DNA from: Paramecium tetraurelia
Taxonomy: Eukaryota
Assembly: GCA_000165425.1 (NCBI GenBank)
Contig: CT868429.1
Location: forward strand, 700,196 to 764,195
Direction of reading: 5' to 3'
Length of the DNA stretch: 64,000 nt
In this document: one piece after another, positions 44,021 to 58,700 of the stretch
Layout: every line of letters begins with the position of its first letter
How positions within the stretch are numbered: position 1 is the stretch's first letter
The notes under the pieces: generated by a model
What the model was told of the DNA's origin: nothing
What the model saw: the letters and a program-made list of their open reading frames with translations, nothing else
Databases searched by the model: none
Translations under genes and position numbers: made by a program

Positions 44021-47000
44021 TCAATCAGCTTTCTAATTTGAAATTATGCCCTGTCCTAGATACTCGCATATAACATCAAATTTATCTGCTGCTGCATAAA
44101 GTTTTTCTTTAAATGGTTTGGTTTCCTTTGATGCTTCAATGAATTCCTATTTTCTTTTGAAAAACATCTAAGTATCCTAAGGACATAGGAGACATGCTCT
44201 TTCACTAATAATATATTTAAATATTTGTGTACGTATGAATGCAATGTTCATGATAGGAATGACCACAAAGGAAATGATAAGAAGGTAAACTCAAAATGGC
44301 ATCACAGCAATTACATTTTGTGGATTGGAACACTTTGGCTTGAGTCTTTAATTTCTTGTATTCAGCTCTCAATTCTGTTGCTTTCTTCATTTTTTCCTTA
44401 ACAACTTTTTAACAGTCATCAATTTGTTTCTTATCCTTTGATATTTTATTAGTGAAATAGTTCTTGACTAATTTAAAATTAACATTTCTATTTTTTGACA
44501 ATATATTAAGTATAAGCAATGGTGAAAGATTTTCTAAACTGCTTACTAACACTAACACCTTTTCGATGTAATTCTCTGCACCATTTTCTGGCTTTGCAAA
44601 ATATTTCAATGCTTGTATCCAAAGATTTGTTTCTTCCCTACCATATTCACTGCACAAATTGATGATCTAATCATTCTACTTCAAACTGATGTAGAAATTC
44701 AATAACTCTTCTCTCATTTATAATTTTTTCAATAAGAAAATGATACCTGGTACAAAATTGTACATTTTGAACAAAACTAACAGATGATTCTTATCGTATT
44801 TCTTTTCATTTTCCTAATTCTCCAACAATTTCATAATACCTTGTTCTTTGCTCTATAATTAGGTGTCTCTAATTCCAATCTTACTCTCATCTTTATAAAA
44901 TAATTGATATTTCTCTAAATGATATTCAAAGTATCTGTGGAATATAGCTTTTTCATTCGGTAATGTTTTGCAATTTTCAATTAAGAATTTCAAATAACTT
45001 TCCAAATACTCATCATTAACCACAAATAAGTGCAAGAATTCATCTGGTTTACCAAATGTGATTGAGAATACCTTTTTGATCTCCTCATCTGATAAATTGA
45101 AATATCTCCACACCTTCAACTCTTCAGGTGTCAATATACTAATTGATTCAATTCCTTTTTGTGAGTCTATTCTTTTCTTCAAATTCTGCACCATACTAAT
45201 AAGCAAAACTAAATTTTGGATAATTTCAAGACATAATTCTGGCTCTGCCTTCATTAACTATTGTCCAAACTCCTTCAAATATTAAGCCTAATCTATTCGT
45301 AAACATTATTACCTTCTCATCCAATTAGATCTCTTCTCTTATATACATCAAAGCACTCTTACAATCCTACCTATTCTATTCCTTATTATTCTAATCTTTG
45401 TTTGTCTCAATCAGAATACTGAGGTAAGCTTCATTTTTCTATCGAGATTTAGCTAATCTCAAGGCCAAATCTATGTGTCCTAATTATCTGCATTCTTTGA
45501 TAGCAGTATCAATATCAAAGAGATCTGAATCGAAACTTGATTCCTTCAAAAATTCTTCAAGTTTAGTAATCTATTTCTACTTTACATAACAATTCAACAA
45601 CAAGGCTGTATGATTCTTATCTGCTTACTTTTCATGATGCAATGCTGCTAAATATTAAATCAAAAAGTCAACATGTGAAACATCTAAAAACTTCCCAATT
45701 ACATAAGAGGGTTCTAAAATACCTGCTGTATTAATATATTATTTGATTGCACCTTAGAAATCGTGTTAATCATATAAATGATCACCATGCAATCTACTGA
45801 TTTCAGCTAATAGAGTTTTATCAGATGATTAATTGCTAGCAAACCTATACATAACATCAAAATAATTATTTTTAAAAAAGATCTCAATTTTGTGAGTATT
45901 TTCTTTCTCTGTTAACCTTATTAAGTTTTTCTCACCTCTATTATTTTGAGTAATAACATAGAGATAATCACCGACTGGAATAAACCTTTGAATCTTTTCG
46001 AATTTCTTATAATATGCAATATAATTGTTTAGAAGATCAAAGATAGTTAATTACACGGATTAATCAACTTATTCTTTATCCTATCTTGGTGATATCAACA
46101 TAATCAAGTAGTTTTATTTGAAAAATCTAACTTCTATTTTATCACCATCGACATTCCAAGTAGCTTCTTTCTTAGTATCACTATATTCCACTATTGTAGA
46201 AGTGTCATCCTTAGGACATCCGATCAGAGTGCCTTTGGCTGTCAAATCGAATTATGCTCCTGCTGGAATTGAAAATTTCTTTCTATTTTGCATATTCTAA
46301 AAACAGATGATGTTAGAGTCGGTTGTACAAAATAAATTCAAATTTTGATCCTGTCTACTTAGATGAACAGATTTGATTGGTTCTTAATCAGTTTAAATGA
46401 CTTGATCTTTAAAATCCATTGTCATTAGGTTTTATGATTTGGCCTTGAAGATCAATATTTAACCATCTTGCAAACCAAAGGCCATAGCACTTAAGTCTTT
46501 AGCGATGCAAAAGCAATTAAAATTTTGTAAGGGTTAACCAACTTTATTGACCAAGATAACTTTGATAGGTTCTATGATGTTATTGAAATTAATTTACTCA
46601 TATTTTGATAGTCAGTTGTATTGGGATCCCAAAATTTCACAAAGCTACTCTTTTAGTTGTTTTCGCTATCGATACCAAATGTTACAAGCTTTCCCTATTA
46701 AATAAAATCAATTATGAATTATTACCTCTCTGCTTTCCCTAGTGCATTTCATAACTCTGAATGACTCATTATGAGGTTAAAAGCATCCTTGAATGGAATT
46801 GGCTTCGTAAACATAAATTAGATTCTTGGACTAAGATGAGAGGAACAATTTGGTTCCAATTCCACATCCATCTGATATTCCAATATCATTCAAGGTTGGG
46901 GCAGTTGGATCACCACTAAAATTAATAGATAAGTATTTGAGTACTTAGCTCTCTAATCTTGAATGTTTTCTTAATTAAAAAATTAAAATTTCTTGACCTA

Positions 47001-47021
47001 TTCAACTTCTGCCTATCTCAT
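44021..47021 (-). CDS. VPS11: VPS11/PEP5 (HOPS/CORVET core subunit)
   Basis: N-terminal KKFQFF; GDHLY..HDFQGAIKQYINTAGILEPSYVIGKFLD...YLAALH...HTALLLNCYVK; C-terminal RING KCNCC..LSLPSYHFLCGHSYHEHC; FDVICEYLGQGII. Multiple tiny introns. Confidence 0.9.
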
Positions 47022-47149
47022 ACTTATATATTTAATATTTATTATTTAGTATTTTTTATTTAAGAGTTAAAGCCTTCTATAATTAAGAATGAGAAATAAA
47101 AAAATGAAGATTCTTGTAAATTAAAGTAAAATATTAATATGATGGCCAA

Positions 47150-49151
47150 ATCATTACTTGAAAAAGTATAGAATTTTAGATTTGATTGAAAATTTTTATG
47201 CCTTTTATCTCCTTTGATATATTTAGATTTATAAAACTATTGATAATTTGTACCTGAGTATCTCAAATAATCAAAGAAGATTTGAGGATGAGATCAAGAA
47301 TGAATTTCAATTGGATTATCAAAATAAAACCATTTTTTTCCTTCTTCAATTATTTGAGAATGTATTAGTTAAAGAAAATTTAATCCTCCAATCATAAATA
47401 GAATGATAGAACTAATGTTGTAATTGAATTATATATGTCCAAATAGTAAAAGATTTATTTTTGTTTATAAGAAATTTATTCATATTAACTTAAACATTGA
47501 AAACTATTAATTAGATAATAACATTCAAATCAATTTTCATCAAGTTGAATTAACTCTTCTGCTAGATCTCTAAAGTTTTTAATCATTTTTAGAAGTCTGA
47601 AAATTATTATTAATATATACCAATGATTAGTTTGATTTCCTCCAATATTCTCCTACATTCAGAATATTAACATAGATTTCCTATAGATAATAAGGAGACT
47701 CTCATTGTTTGATCAAGCTTTACTAATTTTAATTCCATGCCTAATACACTAAATTTCCGAGTCCCAGCTGCATTTAAGTTTTCTCCTAGTTATATTTATC
47801 ATACACCTCTTAATCTTTGAGTCACTCAACTAATTGAAAGATGAAAGGCTTAAATCCTAATTAAATCTATCAATATGAAATCCTGGATTTATAGCTGCAA
47901 AACAAAAAATTTTCTGGTGTTTAGTCAGGGTCAGAACAACATTTAATACAAAGATTGATCAAATTTGTATTTCAATAAAGATCATTAAATAAGAGGAATT
48001 TGATCTTTTCCAATCAATTTGCAGACTTTAGCTCTTAAGGTACAATCAGATTGCCGATAAAGATACAATAGGATTGTTTTAAACATTGTTATCAAAATAC
48101 TTATTACTTATAACAAATTGATTTCATATTAATAGCTTTTATTTTTAAATTATTGAACTAGAATTAACATAGTAGTGAATTAGAATTAAGGCTTTTGTGA
48201 TATGAGAGATTGATTTAGAATTTCTTAAGACGTTTGAAAATCCTTCTTAATTCTAATAAATTAGAGTAAAATTCCTAAACTTGAAATTTTGATTAAATTT
48301 TATTATTCAACCTAATAATTATAAATCTTTAAATGATAATTTATCCAAAAATTGAGGCTCACATCTTAATTAAGTAGCACCTTGATCATCATTGGTATTT
48401 TATTCACAACTAACCCAAAACTCATCATAAAAGGGCATATTTTTTGGAGATACATAAGGATTATCTTTAAAATAATCTTACTCTCAAGAGTCGGAGTCAA
48501 AGATCTTTTTCTTTATCAATAACTTCCTCTTCAACACCAGACCATTAAGGAGGGTTTTCCAACAAATATTTAATAAAGTATGACTCCCAAACTTCATATC
48601 GACTGTGTGATCATAAGATTATTCTTAGATTAATTTTGGTGTCGTGTAAAGTGAAGTTGCTTTAATTGAATGAATAGCTCGAGTGTTTTTGCAATTACCC
48701 TGGCAAATCCTAATTAAATTACTTCATCAGCAGAAATTAAAATGTTGTATGGTTTCATTTCTCTATGGAGTATTCTATTTGGTTGGAGATAATGTAATGT
48801 CTTGACTAATTATTATGCTATGTGTCTAGCTTTAATTTATTATAAGTTGCATCGTTCCAAATTTCAAAAATTTCACCTTGTCCAAATTAAACATTATTCT
48901 CACAAAAAAAGGATTACTTCTGTGAATAAACAAAAATTCACTTGAATCTTGAATACATCTAATAATAATATGATATTTTCATGTATCAATCTTCTCAATA
49001 CTTATCTCAAATTTCTAAATCTTTCTCTGACTTCCTTTTCTTGCTTATAAATTTGAGAGCTGCAATCGAATTGCTTCTTGAGAGTCTTCCCTTATAATCC
49101 TTGCCCGAAATTGCCTTTGCCTATTAACCGCGAGATGAGATAATTTTCCAT
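47150..49151 (-). pseudogene. Decayed Fused/STK36-like kinase pseudogene
   Basis: MENYLISRLIGKGNFG, then in shifting frames ALKFISKKRKSEKDL, LRRLIHENIILLLD, LHYLQPNRILHREMKPYNILIS and SLGVILY. HRD is changed to HRE, DFG is lost (IQLGFAR), and there are several frameshifts. The 3' boundary is approximate. Confidence 0.8.
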
Positions 49152-49714
49152 TTAATTTTAACTTTATTATTGGAATAAAATGGGATGAATGTTATCATTA
49201 TATATAATTTCTTAATTTTGTATACATGGTTTTACATTGATGAAACTACTGTTATTCTAATGGACTGAAGTAATTGACTGATTGGATGGTAAATTGCAAC
49301 GGGCAAGGATATAATTCTTTGGGTATAATTAAATCAAATGAGTTGGGTGAGTAATATAACTACGAAAAATAAAATTTGATAATAAAATTAGTCAAAACAT
49401 TTTTAGGGATAAATAATATTAATAGAGTAAGAATTGATTATTTTAGATTATTATTAATTAAATAGCAAAAACCCATCACAAATTAGTAAATTTAATTGAT
49501 GGTCGATGTTTGTCTTTGTTTATATTTTAATTTAAGTTGAAGTAGCGTTGTCTTAATCACGTACCACGATGAGTAGAGCAAAATTAGGACGAGGGCCTGT
49601 CGGTTTATAACAATAATTAAATTCTGAACTTAATTCATAAAAAAACGGATAATTATCCCTATTCTTATATTTTATGTTTGCATTGAGAAATTCATTTATT
49701 ATTTTACATTATTT

Positions 49715-52700
49715 ATGAAGAAATCTTCATTAATATTGCTATTGTTTTTGATATGTTCGCTACAAGGTAAAAGTGGTTAAAATGGAATTTTAGCGTAACA
49801 GTTTCTTGAACTATAAAGCGGAGTTAAATTACAATCGCTTGAAGAATTGAATAATTTGGATACAAGCAGTCTAGATTGTTCTCCAGGCCTGTCATAAGTG
49901 AGCAAATCTATGGAAGCTTGGCAGGAGATACTTTCTAACCCTGACTAGATAGATAATGATATTGATAATTTGAGAAAACTGAAAGTTGCAGTGTCTGATT
50001 ACAGAAAATCAGAAGGAGAGAAGACAAGTACACATAATCACAATATTTTAGCATTATTGCAATATCACAGCACAAAGGGTTCGTTTGCATTTGTTTAATT
50101 AAGACAAAGCGAAAGAGATGGCTTGTTACAATAATGGAGACAATATGGTCAAAATATATTGGATGGTTAATTGAATCTATTGGATGCTGCCTCAACAAAA
50201 GAAGATGCAGATGAATGTTGCGATAAAATTGAGGACTTAATCAATAAGCTCTTAAGCGAAAGAGAATAAATAAAAGAGCAATGCAAACAACCATCAGTAA
50301 TTTATTTAAGTAATCCATCTAGATAACAATCAACATCATCAATTCCAAATCAACTGATGTTCAAAAGAGAGTTGAGTCTTGTTCCAAGGATGGAATCATC
50401 ATAAACACAGACGATGACAAGAAAATCATCATCAGACCTGGAGATGGAAGTGCACCAGAATCTGAAGAAGAGCCCGTTAGTGCCTCAGCATTGGTGAGTT
50501 CATCCGACTCCGAAGATGATGAGGACACCGTTAATAAGAAACAACCCTCAGATTACACTAACGATAAACCTATCAGAACTGCTGAAGTTGACAACGAGGA
50601 AGAAGAAGGAACAGAAGATTTGGTTGAATATGGTTATGGATATTGGGCTAGATTTATGTTGGCCTATCCAAAGTTCATGCCTAAAGGTAAGGATGCACCT
50701 TGGTACTTTGTGTCAAGATTGTCCTCTAACAAAAATACAGATAATATCAACATGGGAGACAGACTCTTGGCTATTTGGTTAGGCAAAGGATACTATCATT
50801 TCACCACATGTGACAAACCTTAAAATCAACCCAATATTGCTAAGAATGTGGATTATCCTGAAAATTTGGATGGCGTTTGGACTTACATCTACTATTCATA
50901 CAGTTCAGAGAAGAAAAAGGCTGTTGCTTACATTAAATTTGGAGAAAACGACTTTAAGAAGGTAGAGCATGAGGTTACACATCCAACAACAAAGTTCGTT
51001 AGATTCACTGTTGGTGGCACAGATGAAAAGAGATACCCAGGATTCAATGGTTTATTGAGTGCCATCTACTTCAGTGCTAAGAGAGGAGTCTTCATTGATA
51101 ATGATGAAGACATTCAAGCAAAATTACAGTCCATGAAGAAAATTCCTAAGGACTTTATTCCTGACATCGTCACTTACAAAGTCACAACCAATCCCATCAC
51201 AAGAAAACCAGAAGACAGAGAAGTACATTAAATAGTTGGTACCACTTCAACTCCTAAATTCCCTCATGAATATGGCATTAGTGGATGGTTCAAATGGACA
51301 CCAACTGATAAACAATAAGATTGGCACAACATCTTCAGAGTTTAGATTCAAACTCCATCAACTGACAAATTCCTAGGAGACAGAACCTTATCAGCTTGGG
51401 TTGGAAAATAAGATGGAGGCATCATTCATTTACCTACCTACACTCTTACTGACCTTGAAGGTAATGGGAATGCAAATCTCTTCAAGAATGTTCCTCACAA
51501 AAATAGACATAATCAATGGTTCTTTGTTTACTTTGGATATTCTAGACCATAATAGAAGGCTAAGGCTTACATCAGATGGACAGATTCAGAAGATCATTAA
51601 GAATATGAAAATGTTAGACATTTCACTGTTCCCAAATATTACATCTTTGTTGGAAAAGATAAGCACTTCCCAGGATTCAGCGGAGACGTTGCTTTGGTGG
51701 CATTCAATATTGGAGAAGGTGCATTTAGACCAGGAAATGATTTCAAAGCCAAGAACGATGCTTTCAATGCAGTGGTTGGATAAAAACAATTGTTAGGAAA
51801 ATAACCAGATGGCAAAGTTAAAGAGAAGGAGGATGAAGATGATGACGATGGTATTACTACTCCAAGTTCTACTGATGACAATAAGCCTAAAATTGATGAG
51901 ACCAAAGAATCTGAAGAAGAGTTAGTTGAATATGGTTATGGATTTTGGGCTAGATTCTTAAGTGCCTATCCAGTTAGATTACTTAACGGAAAGAATGCTC
52001 CATGGTATTTCGTATCCAGATTGACATCCAACCAAAACTATGGAAATATTGCCATGGGAGATAGAACTTTAGCTACTTGGTTAGGACAAGGATATTATCA
52101 CTTTACTACATGTGATAAGAAATCAAACAATCCAAACGTTATTTAAAACATCAATTACCCCAATGACATCGAAGGTGTCTGGACATACATCTACTACTCC
52201 TACAGTGCCTAAGAAAATAAGGCTATTGCATTCATTAAATATGGAGATCTAGAACCAAGATCAATCATCCATAATGTCAATCACCCAACTACTAAATATG
52301 TTAGATTCATCTTAGGTGGAAAAGACAGCAATAGATATCCAGGATTTAATGGTTTGTTCAGTTAAATTGTTTTCTCTGCAAAAGAAGGAGCCTTCCTTGA
52401 TACCTTGGATGATTTCAAAGATCACATCTCTAGAACAATTATCCCAGTTCATGATTTGGACAGATTATACAAACATGAATTGGTTGAAGATACTATTTCA
52501 AGAAAAGTCAATGAAAACCCAATTTATGATGAATTAGGTGGTGGAGCTTAGAAATTCCCACATGAGTATGCTATCAGTGGTTGGTTCAAATGGGAACAAA
52601 CTTAATAATAAGTTTGGCACAATGTTTTCAGAGTTCAAATTAATAAAACCATCTACTGATAGATTCTTGGGAGACAGAACTCTTTCCTTTTGGATTGGTA

Positions 52701-55700
52701 CAGCATAAGGAGGTATTTTCCATTTCCCAACCTACACATACACCAACATGAATGGAGCTGGTAATCCCAATATGGTCAGCAATATCGTTCATAAGAATAG
52801 ACATTTGGAATGGTTCTTTGTTTACTTTGGATACTCTAAAAATGAGAGAAAAGGATTTGTAGGTGTGAAATTCACTGGAGGTATTGAAACTATTGAATAC
52901 AACAATGTCAATCATTATTACACTCCTTACTTCTACACATTTGTTGGAAAGGATAAGCAATTCCCAGGATTTAATGGTAAAATTGGATATGTCAACTTTG
53001 CTTTGGGAAGTGGCACTTTCAGAAAGACCCCAGATTTCAAACACCCTAATGATGTCTTCGGATTCGATAAAGGAGAATCAACTCTCCTAAAGAAACCAGA
53101 GTCAAAGAAACCATAACCTATCACAGATGAAACTGGTGAAAAGTAATTACCAAATGCTCACAATGAAAATAGTCCTAAAGTGATCAAAGAATTCAGATCT
53201 GATGTTGCCTTCACTGAATATGGTTACGGATTTTGGGCAAGATTCTTAACTGCTTACCCTGTCAAATTACCAAATGGTAAGAATGCCCCATGGTACTTTA
53301 TGGCTAGATTGACACAACATGAAAATTATGACAATATCAGAATGGGAGACAGAATCTTGGCAATCTGGTAAGGACAAGGATATTATCATTTCACTACCAA
53401 CAATGTTCAACCAGCCAATCCAAATGTGATCAGAAATATCAACTACCCATCTGATATTGAAGGTCTTTGGACACATTTCTATTTCTCTTACTCAAATACA
53501 GGAAAGGCTGTTGCAATTGTCAAATTTGGTGACTTGGATCCAGTGTCAGCCGAATTCCCTGTAAAACACCCTGATTTGAAATATCTTAAATTTATTTTGG
53601 GTGGAAAAGATTAAAATAGATACCCAGGTTTCAACGGACAATTCACCTAAGTAGTCTACTCAACTTCAGTGGGTGCATTCATTGATTCTGTTGATAGTCA
53701 CAAAAAGTTCTTTGCTGATAAGGCATCTCCACTCAAAGGAGGAAAGGTACCACTTTCAACTACAAGAATCATTGATTCCCAAGTTGATAGACAAGCTAAC
53801 TCAGATCCAACCAAGACAACAGTCGACACCGTGTTCCCTAAAGAATATGCCTTCTCTGGTTGGTTCAAATGGTCATAACCTACTCCATAATAAGCTTGGC
53901 ACAATCTTTTCAGAGTCTAAATTTCTTAACCATCAACAGACAGAAATTTAGGAGATAGAACTTTGGCTGGTTGGGTAGGAAATGGAGGAATCATTCATTT
54001 GACCACATACTCATACAGAAATATGAATGGAGCTGGACCAAATAATTTGCCATAAGATATTCCACACAAGAATAGACACTTCGATTGGTTCTTTGTTTAC
54101 TTTGGATACAACAAAAACGATAAGCAAGGATATGCTTATATCAAATGGAAGGACTCAGATGACAACTTAGACTTCAAAGACATTAACCATTACTTTGCTA
54201 ATAGATATTATGTCTTCACTGGTAGAGATGCTTAATTCCCAGGATTTAATGGAAAAGTCGCCTACGTTTCATTCAATGTAGGAGAGGGTGCCTCAAGAAG
54301 AGGAAGTGACTTCAGTCATCCAGATGATGCATTCAGATTTGATAAAGCTGGTTAATTGATTCCAAAAGTAGACCCATCCAAACCAAAGGTTGATGAGAAT
54401 ACAGTTCATGTCAACAAGGTTGATAACAATTCACCAAGAGTTGATGATGTTTTGAGATCTAACGATAATTTAGTTGAATATGGTTACGGATTTTGGGCTA
54501 GATTCTTAACAGCTTATCCAGTGAGATTGATATACGGAAAGAATCAACCATGGTACTTTGTCTCAAGATTGACCACTAATGAAGATTATGATAATGTGAG
54601 AATGGGAGACAGAGCATTGGCTATCTGGTAAGGATAAGGATACTATCATTTCACAACTTGCAATAAACAAAATGGAGCAGTCAATGTTATCCAAAATATC
54701 AACTACCCCAATGATATTGAAGGAGTTTGGACATACATTTACTATTCCTACAGTGCTGAAAAGAAGAAGGCTGTTGCATTCATCAAATATGGATCAGAAG
54801 ACTTTAAATCCATCACTCATTAAGTTGTTCACCCAACCACACAAAGTGTTAGATTTATTTTGGGAGGCATGGATGAGAAGAGATACCCAGCCTTTAATGG
54901 TGTTTTCACTAAAGTTGTTTACTCACATCAAGTTTGGAGTTTTTGTTGATTCAGTCGATAAATTATAGGCAGGTGTCATTCCATAAGTTCCAGTTGACTT
55001 AAGCAATACCAAGATAATTGAAAACCCAATTGAGAGATCAGTTTAAGTTGCTCCAACTGAAACCACAGTCGGCAAAGATGAAGAATTACCAAAATTACCC
55101 TAAGAATATGGCCTAAGCGGATGGTTCAGATGGACAAATACCTAATAATAAGTTTGGCATAACATTTTCAGAGTATCTATCAACACTCCAGCTAGTGACA
55201 GATTTTTGGGAGATAGAACACTCTCTCTATGGTTAGGTAATCAATAAGGTGGTATCTTGCATTTCCCTACTTATACTTACGTCAATATGAATGGTGCAGG
55301 AAACCCTAATGTTGTTTAAAATATTCAACATAAAAACAGACACAATAATTGGTTCTTTGTTTACTATGGCTATTCAAAGGTTAATAGACAAGCCTATGCT
55401 TATGTTAAATGGACAGATAGTGAAGATTCATTGAACTATGACAACATTAACCATTACTTTGCACCAAAATTCTTTATCTCAGTTGGAAAAGATAAGTTCT
55501 TCCCAGGATTCAATGGATTTGTTGCATTTGTTAATTTCAATCTTGGAAAAGGAAGCTACAGAAAAGGTAATGATTTCACTCATGATAATGATTTCTTCGG
55601 ATTTTCAACTGGTAAAGATAAATTGTTCCAACCACCTAAATAAGATGCTCTCCCAGAGGTTGAAAAAACAGTTCTTGCAAGTAAGACATCAGAAGATGCT

Positions 55701-58700
55701 CCAAAAGTCGATAGAGTTAGTCCTTAAGGCACAGATAATTTATTAGAATATGGTTATGGATTTTGGTTAAGATATTTAACAACTTATCCAGAAAGATAAG
55801 TCAATGGTAAGAATCAACCATGGTACTTCGTATCAAGATTGACTTGGAACAAGGAATATGATAATATCAGAATGGGAGACAGAACCTTAGCTGTCTGGTA
55901 AGGATAAGGATTCTATCACTTCACAACCTGCAATATCTAGAACAACAATGTCAATGTGATCAAGAATGTAGATTATCCAGATGACATTGAAGGTCTTTGG
56001 ACTTTTATTTACTATTCCTACAGCAAGAATGAAAACAGAGCCAAAGCCTTTATTAAGTATGGGGATGGCAATTTCTAAGAAGTTGATCACTAAGTCACTC
56101 ATTAACCAACTTAAATTGTTAGATTCATTTTGGGAGGTACAGATGAAAAGAGATACCCAGCTTTCAATGGTTTATTCACTTAAGTCTATTTCAACGCCAA
56201 AGTTGGTGCTTACATTGGCAGTGCAGATGCAGCTAAGAAGTTTGTTAATGAATTGTCACCTATTCCAAGAATCAGAGTCACTAATTTGATTAGTAAACCT
56301 ATTGTGTCAGATGAAATTGAAAGATAAGTTACAGACAAACCAACTGATGCTATTGTTGAAGAATAAAATCTACCAGATGAATACGGAATATCAGGTTGGT
56401 TCAAATGGAACGAAGTAGCCTAATAACCATGGCATAACATTTTCAGAGTTCAAATCAAGACTCCATCAACCGATGCATTCCTTGGAGATAGAACTCTTTC
56501 TTTATGGTTAGGAACTCCTGAAGGTGGTATCTTACACATGCCAACCTACTCATACACAAATATGAATGGAGCTGGTAATACCAATTATTGGAAGAACATT
56601 TAACATAAAGAAAGACACACTAAATGGTTCTTCGTTTACTTTGGATATTCAAAACCCAAGGCTTAAGCTTATGCCTATGTTAAATGGACTGATTCTGAAG
56701 ATTCTAACACCTATGATAAAGCTAATCACTATTACTCAGCAGTTTATTACATCTTTGTTGGTAAAGATCCACATTTCCCAGGATTCAATGGTAAATTAAA
56801 TTAAGTCACCTTTAATATTGGTGATGGATCATTCAGAACTGGAAATGATTTCACCCATCATAAGGATGTCTTTGGTTTCACTACTGGTTTAGATAAATAC
56901 ACAAAGAAAGCAGATGCTCCTTCAGTCAGACCAGGTGAAAAGGTATTAGAAAGTGCTGAAAATTCCAAGCCCCCTGTTTTAGATAAAGATGCTAATTCTG
57001 ATAAGAATTTAGAAACTTATGGTTACGGGTATTGGTTAAGATATTTGACTGCTCATCCATTTAGACAACTAAGTGGCAAGAATCAACCATGGTACTTTGT
57101 ATCTAGATTGACATGGAATAAGGAATATGATAATATCAGAATGGGAGACAGAGCTTTGGCTATCTGGTAAGGTTAAGGATACTATCATTTCACTGCATGC
57201 AATTCAAAGACTGGTAATGTGAACTAAATTCTCAACATTGATTATCCAGCTGACATCGAAGGATTATGGACATATGTCTATTATTCATTCAGCGTTGAGG
57301 AAAACTAAGCTGTTGGTTTTATCTAATTTGGTGAATCTGAACCTAAGCAAATTGTTCACAAAACATCACATGCTGCCACAAAATACGTCAGATTTTTATT
57401 GGGTGGTACTGATGAAAATAGATACCCTGCTTTCAATGGTCTATTCGCTGCAGTTTCATTCTAAACCCAAAATGCCTATATTGGAACAGTAGATGGATTC
57501 AAGAAATTAATTGCTTCAATCCCTATGCCTTCTCAAGGACTTAGAGATTTAACAACTTACAAATTAAGCGAAGTCATCACAAGAACACCAACTGACGAAA
57601 TCTCTAAAGAAGCCACTGTTGGAGGCGGCAAGGAACAATTCCCATCTGAATATGCTATTAGTGGATGGTTCTAATGGAAACCAATTGCCCAACAACCATG
57701 GCATAACCTCTTCAGAGTTACTCTTAAATAACCATCAACTGATAATTTCTTGGGTGACAGAACATTGACACTATGGGTTGGTACTCCAGAAGGAGGTATC
57801 TTACATTTCCCAACATATACATATGCAAATATGGTTGGAGGAGGAAATAACAATTACTGGAAGAATATTGTTCACAAGAATAGAATCAGAGAGTGGTTCT
57901 TTGTTTACTTCGGATACTCAAAGTCTAAAGCTCAAGCTAACGTTTATGTCAAATGGACTGATTCTGAAGATTCCTTATCATACGATAAAGCCAATCATTA
58001 CTATGCACCATAATTATACGTATTTTTGGGAAGAGACAAGCATTTCCCAGGACACAGTGGTAAAATTGCTTACATGAGATTTAATTTGGGTAATGGAGCT
58101 CATATTGATAATAACAAGTTTGATCATCCATAGGATGTAATTTGCATTTAAAGAAGGAACAGATAGATTATTCAAAAAAGATGAGTAACTCCTACCAGAT
58201 GAACCAACCAAGGATGTGTTTGAAAATGGATTTGAATAGAAAAAACCAGTTATTAATAAGGAAAGCCCATCTGAAAATGCCCTTGAAGAATATGGTTATG
58301 GTTTCTGGATGAGATTCTTGACTTCATATCCTTAAAGATTACCAAGTGGTAAGAATCAACCATGGTACTTCGTATCTAGATTGACATGGAATAAGGAATA
58401 CGATAATATTAGAATGGGAGACAGAACCCTCGCTATTTGGTAAGGATAAGGGTACTATCACTTCACAACTTGCAACTCAGTAGACAATAATCCAAACTAC
58501 ATTTAAAACAATAACTACCCAGAAGATATTGAAGGACTTTGGACCTATGTCTATTATTCATACAGTGATAACAAGAATAGAGCAGTTGGTTTTATTAAAT
58601 ATGGAAATCAAGACTTCCAATCAATCAAACATGATACAACTCATGCAACTACAAAATATGTTAGATTCATATTAGGAGGTAATGACGAGGGTAGATATCC

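Noticed and set aside
49569..49718. 49-codon ORF whose TGA overlaps the ATG of giant gene 2, or a C/D snoRNA in the same GC-richer patch
   Set aside because: With a single stop codon, ORFs of this length arise by chance, and Paramecium 5' UTRs are very short. The box C is imperfect and no terminal stem is seen.
52640..58145. Euplotes-type programmed +1 frameshifting
   Set aside because: That mechanism needs a stop codon directly after the slippery codon. Here TAA/TAG are sense, the TGAs lie several codons downstream and the three sites share no motif.
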